In this document: positions 56,200-64,000 of the stretch, piece by piece
How the letters are laid out: every line of letters begins with the position of its first letter
Position numbering within the stretch: position 1 is the stretch's first letter
Assembly: GCA_012295275.1 (NCBI GenBank)
Contig: CM022665.1
Location: forward strand, 15,252,001-15,316,000
DNA: 64,000 bases
Reading direction: 5' to 3'
Source of the DNA: Chrysomallon squamiferum
Taxonomy: Eukaryota > Animalia > Mollusca
Translations under genes and position numbers: made by a program
Notes under the pieces: generated by a model
Told to the model about the DNA's origin: nothing
Databases searched by the model: none
What the model saw: only the letters and a program-made list of their open reading frames with translations

Positions 56200-56341
56200 T
56201 TTTCACATTCAGAAAAAAATACAACCTGCAGTCATCATTAACAAAATTATTGAGCATAAACTGGAATAGGATATAATTCAGTGAATGAGATTTGATCCTA
56301 TGAACCATTGAACTTTAATGATAGTACTTCTACTGAGCTAC
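56200..56341 (-). mobile_element. SINE head remnant
   Basis: The reverse strand reads gtagctcagtagaag...ggttcataggatcaaatc (A-box/B-box-like). Confidence 0.4.
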
Positions 56342-56809
56342 TGTTTTTTTACCTTAATTGTAAGAAATAATATATTCTGATGTAAGATTTAAAGCTTTTG
56401 GAGTGTCTTGAGGAAGAAGTGGCAGACCTCCAACATCAATCGGAATTAATTACTGTTAAAGATACCACAGCACTTTGACTTAGATCTGATGTTGGCGAGA
56501 TTAAAAGACTAGGAAGTGATCACCGAGTACATTTATATTGAATCTTTGCTGAGAGTAGGAGTGTGCTTGTCAAACATTTCCTTTTAGCTGATAGTTCTGT
56601 TAATTGTTCTTCTGTTCATCTCTCAAGTCAAGCTCTCAGACTCGTATTTTTTTCAAAATGTTCCTTCTTTGTTGGCTTGTACACACGCCAGGCTGTTTAT
56701 TGTGTGTGCCCAGCCCATCTGAACAGAAATATGGGAAATTGTATAATGATTAGATTCAGGGTATAAATTGATATTTAGGATCAGAGAAAGTTGCAAGTTT
56801 CAGCTTGTT

Positions 56810-57272
56810 AACAGTGTATGTTATTTTATGGTTTAGCCACTGATATTAAGTCTGGCAGATACTTGGATCATATCCTGATACCAGACTCATTAACTAAAAA
56901 TAATTGGAAAAGTATATAAGATAATTACATAATCTTTTCTTTTTTTTTTTTGTTTTTTTTCAAGCTTGTTATCTGTCTCAGTTATATCATGGTTAGGTCA
57001 CTGATATTTAAAACTGTCTTGACAGCAAACTCTCTAAAACTAATAATGGAAAAGTGTAAGATATCTGCTTTATCTTTTTTTTTTTAAAACAACAACAAAA
57101 TCACAAAATAATAATAATAATAACAATAATAATAAAAATAGAGAAGTCTACGAGTTTTTGGCCTGTAACCAGTTTTAGTTATGGAATGGTTTAGTTGTTG
57201 TCATTACATGTGGCAGGTTCTTGGATAATATCCTTATACCAAACTTGAACTAAATGGAGAAGTGTAAGAGTA
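56810..57272. repeat. Three diverged tandem copies (~170-200 bp)
   Basis: Shared ggcag.t.cttggat.atatcct.atacca.act, cactgatatt and tgga.aagt.taaga segments. Confidence 0.5.
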
Positions 57273-57789
57273 TTACTGTTTTCTTTAACTTTCTTCTAAT
57301 TCACACCACTGAATTATGTATCCATGACTTACATGTTCAGTGGATAAAGCAGGTTTCAGAGAAAGAGATAGAGAGAAATTATCAGCAGTACTGGATGATC
57401 ATTAAATTTTATTAACAAGTTAAATACTGCTATACCAGTACCAGTTTAATTAAAGTGTGTGGGTTGTAACTATATATATATGTACATGTATATAGAAGTT
57501 ATTTTACCGTAAATTTTCTTTTTTTTATTGTTTTGGTCAATCTTCAGATTTATTTATTTATTTTCATTATTATTATTACATTTATTATTATTATTATTAT
57601 TTTAAAGCTGTTTGCATTAATAATTGTGAAGATGTCTGAGAGTAAGATAAATCACAAAGATAGTTATTCCTCGTCTAGTCACAGGACTATTTTTATTCTT
57701 CATTATAGTGCTATTCAGCATACAAATTCATTATTATGCTTTTTGCTGACCATTAGAAAATGAAGTAGGCTGTTGTTTTGTTTCAGAAT

Positions 57790-57955
57790 GCTGGTCATGT
57801 CTGACTGGTCAGAGGATCAGACCTTATAGTACCACCACTCCCCCACTAGCTTATTCCCAGGTCCACACATTCTAATTCCTTTTATCAGAATATTTTTCTA
57901 CTTATGGAAAGTGCATATTAAAGATAATATTTAAAAGTAATAGCAGCTTTTCTTT
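57790..57955 (+). mobile_element. Degenerate SINE fragment
   Basis: ggtcagaggatcagacc head, then atggaaagtgcatattaaagat...agcagctttt core. Confidence 0.35.
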
Positions 57956-58769
57956 TGTGTATCATTATTATAAAAAAAAGTGTATATTGTAATAAACTTG
58001 TTTTATTGTTTTAAATTTAAAAATTTTCAAAAGTGAAAATATTTACTTCCCTTACCTGTTTGTTATAATTGAAATACAGTTTTTATGCTAGACTACAAAA
58101 ACAAAGTAAATGATTCCTTTTTTTTTTTATCTGTACATAGATTTTAACTAAGCATAGATTTATCTAACACATCAGCATTATTTAAAATAATGTTTAAATC
58201 ACTGATTTATTAACCTGATTTATTAACAACACTATGAGAAAATAAATATCTATCCGTAAGTCTGTAATTTAAACTAATATGTAATTTAAAAAAAAAAAAA
58301 AAAATATCTAATAAGAAAATGGAACACCTTCTCATCTCAGCCCTGTAAAAATATAACTTGTAAACTTTTTCATGCATTGTAATGACAGCATATCAGCTGC
58401 TGCCTTACTTTGTTGATATATTTAAGTAAATGTCAGATCTTAGTCAGACATACCACACTGGTTTACATAGATGTAGATACATATATATATATATATATAT
58501 ACATGTGGTTTGTATTTGTAAATAATTTGAAAGTGCAGGTTACCTGACATTTGTACTTGTGAATTCATATAGCTAAATTAATATTTGCTCCTGAAAGTAG
58601 GTAAATATCATTAGGAAATAGTAACTAAGTAGATGTTAATTTTCTTTCTTTCCTTTTTTAAAATAAATGTTAACATTTCAATTGTAAATGAACTTTGAAA
58701 AGACATGGAGCACATAACTTGGTTCAAAAGTAAATGCAATACTGAACATTATGTGATGCAGACTATAGA

Positions 58770-59425
58770 ATTTAAAAAAAATAATAATAATAAATAAAGT
58801 AAAACAGAATGGATTTGAAACAGAAACGGAATTCAGACTGGATTGAAGAGAAATGGGATACAAACTTAGAATTGTTTTAGAATTGTAACACTGACTATAG
58901 TTTTGGTAGGGTTTTTTATTTTTATTTTTATTTTTTAATTGGTTATAAACCATGAACTTAAAAAGACATTATGTGTGAATTGTTTTTAAAAAGAAATAGA
59001 ATGTAGACTATGGGTTTAAAACTCATAGCCTGTTTTTATGAGTTTAAAAAGAAATGGGATGCATATTGCTACTTGTTTAAAAAGATTTATAGTATACTGT
59101 GGATTTAAAATGAAATAAAATATAGACTGTTTATAAAGAAATAGAATACAGACTACATCCTAAAAATATTGACTGGGTTTAAAAAGAAATAGAAAATAGA
59201 TATACTGTAGGCTATGAGTTTAAAAAGATATATTGTAGACTATGGCTTCAAAGAGGTCTACTTTAGACTATGGGTTTAACAGAATGTAGACTATGGTTTT
59301 TAAAAAGAAATAGAATATAGACTCCAGGCTTAAAAAAAGGAAGAATATAGAATGAATTTAAAAAGATATACTTATAGACTATGGGTTTAATAGAATATAG
59401 ACAGTGGATTTAAAATGAACTAGAT
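58770..59425. repeat. Minisatellite, ~30-bp unit tagactatgggtttaaaaagaaatagaata
   Basis: About 20 degenerate head-to-tail copies. Confidence 0.85.
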
Positions 59426-60320
59426 TGTTTAGTAAAATTTAAAAAGATATGATTGCTGTTATAGTTGATTCAGTTTGTTTAAACATGGCTTTGTTCTGGC
59501 TTGTTAAGTCACAGTGACAGTAACACAAGGTGGAACACACTGAAGAAAAACCATGTGACAGACTCTCAATAGACAGGTAGCCTGTCACAATAGGTGGGTC
59601 AGGTAACCACCAGGTGCTGCTCATAATAACATATCATTGCTAACAAAAACGAACAAAAATGGTGGCCCCAGGTGCTTCTTGAAGACGAGTGTAGAAATTG
59701 GGTTGATGGTCTTGTAAAAGCAAGAGCCTGTTACCTCCTCCCCATTCCCTCATTGTCATTCTTTGCATACAGCATTCCCCATTCCCTTCATGTTTTCAAT
59801 TCAAGCACAGATTATTCCCAACTAACTTCATATTTCATTATATAGATGTAATATGCTTCATTTCCCTTATATATTTATTTTTCTAACACATTATATTTCC
59901 ATCTCTGATCATTTGATTATTATTATTAGCTCAAGGCATTTTCACATCCAATACACACTGCATTACCCTCTCTCCCTTCATAGTTTTCTAACAGCTTCCC
60001 CATCTTCTTCCCCAATACTCTCCTTCCCAATTTTACGCTAATAGTCCCTATATGGTATGAGGAATAATTCTCTTAATATGCATGTGACATTGTTGCTTTG
60101 TTGTTAATTTGATGGAGTGGTATTGTTATTTGACAATCAAATGAGGGAGTGTGTGGAAGCGAGTAAAGGAAAATGATGGGGAAAAAAATTCTGATTATGG
60201 AACAAAAGAAGAAACACAAAGGAAATGGAGTTGGGCTTGAGAGAACTATATATGTTTTTTAGAATCATGGTTTTTATTTAACCTTTCTTTTTAGTATGTT
60301 TATACTTACGTGTGTATGTG

Positions 60321-60371
<51 letters not shown>

Positions 60372-60908
60372 ACTTGTATGTGTGCATGCACATACACAAT
60401 ACATGTACATATCACACATACATAAAAACACACACACACAGTATAACCTACATACATAAGGAATAAAAGATGCAGACGTGGTTGTTAAATTGCAACTTGT
60501 GCTGCACTATGTTTTCTGTCTCAGCATGAAAACAATAAAACAACTTTAGTAGTTGTGAAAAATTTCTTGCCAGCTGTCTGTTTCATTTTTTTTTCTGTTA
60601 TTGAATGGCTTTTTGTTAAGCTGATAACAGTACAGCGATGCAACATATGCTTTGTTTGTGATAACTGTATAACATTGGAAGATGTGCATATGAGATGGAT
60701 GATGGATAAAAAGAATGGATGGTTTGTGAGATTGTTGCTTGTTGTATGTAAATAAATATATAACAAAAGATTCAGCATGTGTAAAGAGTGTGCATGTACA
60801 CACACACAACACAAGCATATACACATACAAATACTGCATAAAAATTATATTGATTATGCTGCCATTGTTGAATACACATAAATTCACTGGCCTGATAAAA
60901 CATTTACA

Positions 60909-60947
<39 letters not shown>

Positions 60948-61744
60948 GTGCATGCAGACCTGAAGAAAATAGTAAGGTTATAATTAGATTTCTTAATGTT
61001 TACTGAAATAAAAATTAGGATATGTTTTAGTAGATATATCAGCATTTTAAAGATTAGTTGTTTTTATATTACGACTGTGTTTAAAAGGAAACATGATTTA
61101 GAATATAGTAATTTTGTATGTAGCTGTTTAAAAATAAAAAAATAAAAATTATGTCAACTATAGATTTAGAAAAAGAAAATGGAAAACAAGCTTAACAGAT
61201 GTGATGCAGTATACAGTTTGATCTTAAGTGTCAAGAAGACACAGGTCTTAAATGAAATCCAAACAGGTTCAAAAAGAAATGTAAATTTTATGTAATATAT
61301 TTTTAATGCAGAGTTGTAAAATGAAAACTTGGACATGCTGGATTATGTTGATGTTTATATTAAAATGGTTTCTTTTTTGTCATTTTTTTTTTTTTTTTTT
61401 TTTTAAAAGCATTTTCCTAGGAATTGTTTTTGAAAGAAACTCAAGATAAAAATATATTTACAATTTATTTACAGTTTTGATTGTTTATTCTCCGGCTCTT
61501 AGCACATGCCATTAGTTCTGACTTTTTTCTTTTTTTTTCTCCTTTTATCTCAGATCTTCGAAAACTATTATTCTAATACTTGTGAAGCAAGATAAACTTT
61601 ATTTGATTGATATTTATTTCTACAGTTGTTTTTGCTTATAATGACTTGATGGGGATATTTCCTGTTTCAGTACTGCTAGATAACTTTAAACATTCAGTTA
61701 CTTCTCTGTCCTACTAGTGCTTCAACATTGGTTATTAAAAGAAT

Positions 61745-61980
61745 AGTGCTCTTCTGTCTATGTGGAGGTACTTATAAAATATATGTTGTGCTAAAAAAAT
61801 AAAACACTGGTTTCTGGTATATCAAAAACAGCAGAATGTTCAGTCCTGTGTATGAGCAGGTGCTTATAAAAGATATTTTACTGCTAACAGATAAAACGCT
61901 GGTTATTTGATCTCAGATATAATAATACTTGTATTCCTGTCTGTGGGGATACATATATAAGATACTAACTTTCTACTAAC
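61745..61980 (+). mobile_element. Three tandem copies of the SINE core
   Basis: tctgtctatgtggaggtacttataaaatat, tcctgtgtatgagcaggtgcttataaaagat and tcctgtctgtggggatacatatataagat at ~90-nt spacing. Confidence 0.45.
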
Positions 61981-62767
61981 TATATTTTACAATATAATAT
62001 AGTCTTTTTCCTTGGATATTCTCAATTATTTATTTAATATCTATGAATGTTAAATTGAGGTGGATTTATATTAATTAAATCAGTACAAGCTTTAGCGATT
62101 GTAGCTTTCTTTTATGGCTTTTAAACTTAGAATTCTGAATTGGTTCTGCCTTGTAATAGAAGCAGTATTTTGGTTAAACATATAAAAAAGATGTAATGTG
62201 ATGATAATAATAACAGTAATTTAAAAAAAAATAAAAAAAAATTAAGAACTAGAGGAGGGACAAAAAAGAACAAAATTCAAATAAAGTCTAAAGAAAATGG
62301 TTTTAATAAAATGCATTTAGAATATTGATATTAGTTTTGTTCATGTGAAAATCCTGTAAACACACTATAACCTTACAAAGAAATGTCATGAATAAACTGG
62401 CCTTTGCATAAAACTGTTATTTCTTTCTTTTCTTTTCTATATGTTTTATTTTATTTTATTTTATATTTTTTCTGACATATTTACATGTGAATAAATTAAT
62501 CAGTTAGTGGCAGAAAAATTGTATATTGATTTTTTTTAATTATGCAACCACTGAATAATCGTTGTTACGTAACTTTAACTAATTATCGTTATATTGTGGC
62601 GTTGTTCACAAAGCATCCAGCAAAGAATGTTTCATTAAGTTGCAGTTTCAAAAACTGACAAGAACTACTGTGAAAACAATAATGATCCAAACAATTTATT
62701 TTCAAGGATTTTATATTTGAAAAATGATTTTTTTTTTCTTAAATTTGTAAATTTAAATTTCTTTTTC

Positions 62768-62798
<31 letters not shown>

Positions 62799-62997
62799 TT
62801 ATTTTAGCTTGTCTTGGAGGTAATGAAAGTTGTAAATTTTAGATGTTGAGAAATTTTATATTCCTGGTGATTTTGTTTTGTGTTTGTGTGCAAGTTTGTA
62901 ATTAATGTTTGAATTATTATTATTATTATTATTATTATTATTTTTTTTTTTTGAGTTACTTTAGTTCAGAATTGTTTCTAAATTTGTTTTGGATATA

Positions 62998-63032
<35 letters not shown>

Positions 63033-63258
63033 TGTAATGAAACATTTCCACTTGTGCTATTGTATTATTTTGCTGAATGCACATATCTAACTCAGTACAA
63101 GTTCAGAAACAGGACATAAACTGGAAAATAAAATGTTTGGGAACACAAGCCCCTCTGTGTATCCTCCCATTTGGCCATAATTTAAAAAAAATAAAAGTTT
63201 GAGATCTTTTGTGATATTCATTGTGTGTCTGTATTTATTATGTATTTTTAATTTAATA

Positions 63259-63297
<39 letters not shown>

Positions 63298-64000
63298 TAA
63301 AAATTTCTCAGTACCTTTGTGCTTACAACACCTGGAGTGACTGTTTTAAAAAAAAAAAAATAACTGTAATAAAAGGTAATTGAGAAGTATATCATCTTTC
63401 GTAATTTTTTTCTCTTTCTCTCACGGAATTGGTACTTAATGCCAACAAAGAGGCAATGGCTACTAATGACTGGGAGTACATGTTTTATGTCAATTGTCAA
63501 GCAATAACAGCATATGATTATCTGATCATCTCACAGCTGGCGTTTGGTAGGTCACAGGGACCTAGATTTGTACTCTCTTGTGCAGGCAACACATTGCACT
63601 CAGGTGAATGTGGTTTTTTTACCTGGATACTTTTTTCTTTAAAGTCTCTTTCTTCTTTTCTTTCTTTCTTTGTTTCTTATTTTATTAAAATGTATTACTA
63701 GTTTTACTACTACTGTTGATATGTTGTTATGCAATTTGTGATTGTTATTATGATTATTTTAGTATGGATATATTATGATTATTGTTAGTTAATTTTATTA
63801 AAATTATTATTATTATTATTATTATTATTATAAATTGTTTATGATTCATGTTGAACACAATTAGCAGTTAGTAATGAATAGAAATTGGAACAAAAAGAAA
63901 AAGAAAATTTGGAAGAAACTACTGTTTTTGAAATCTTTCTTCTTTTCTTTATGTCCTTCATTTCATAATGTCTTTGTCATGCACTTACCCCTCTCAACCA

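Larger units (their letters stand above)
51252..64000 (+). other. AEBP2: AEBP2 intron 2 (probably continues beyond the window)
   Basis: Donor gtaagt at 51252. No exon encoding the conserved DFFD...LHW SUZ12-binding C-terminus was spotted by eye. Confidence 0.5.

Overview
AT-rich, microsatellite-rich eukaryotic (animal) genomic DNA, probably a mollusc or gastropod judging by its SINE remnants (inference). It holds the 5' parts of two divergently transcribed, intron-containing genes that share a ~1.3-kb CpG-rich spacer. (1) On the minus strand, five phase-compatible GT-AG exons (3530 to 947) encode an acidic N-terminus followed by a multi-pass membrane region. This region closely resembles, from memory, plant NO EXINE FORMATION 1 (NEF1). 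The gene's 3' part is not resolved and probably lies beyond the left edge. (2) On the plus strand is AEBP2/jing, a PRC2.2 accessory zinc-finger protein. Its coding exon 1 (4808-5130) is followed by a 45,372-nt intron, then coding exon 2 (50503-51251) with three C2H2 fingers and the K/R-rich motif. The C-terminal exons were not found in the window. The rest is intronic: degenerate tRNA-derived SINE copies, several ~29-31-bp minisatellites, a ~180-bp tandem repeat, microsatellites and candidate regulatory islands. Most ORFs in the supplied track are low-complexity artefacts. No CRISPR array, rRNA or intact transposase/reverse transcriptase was seen.
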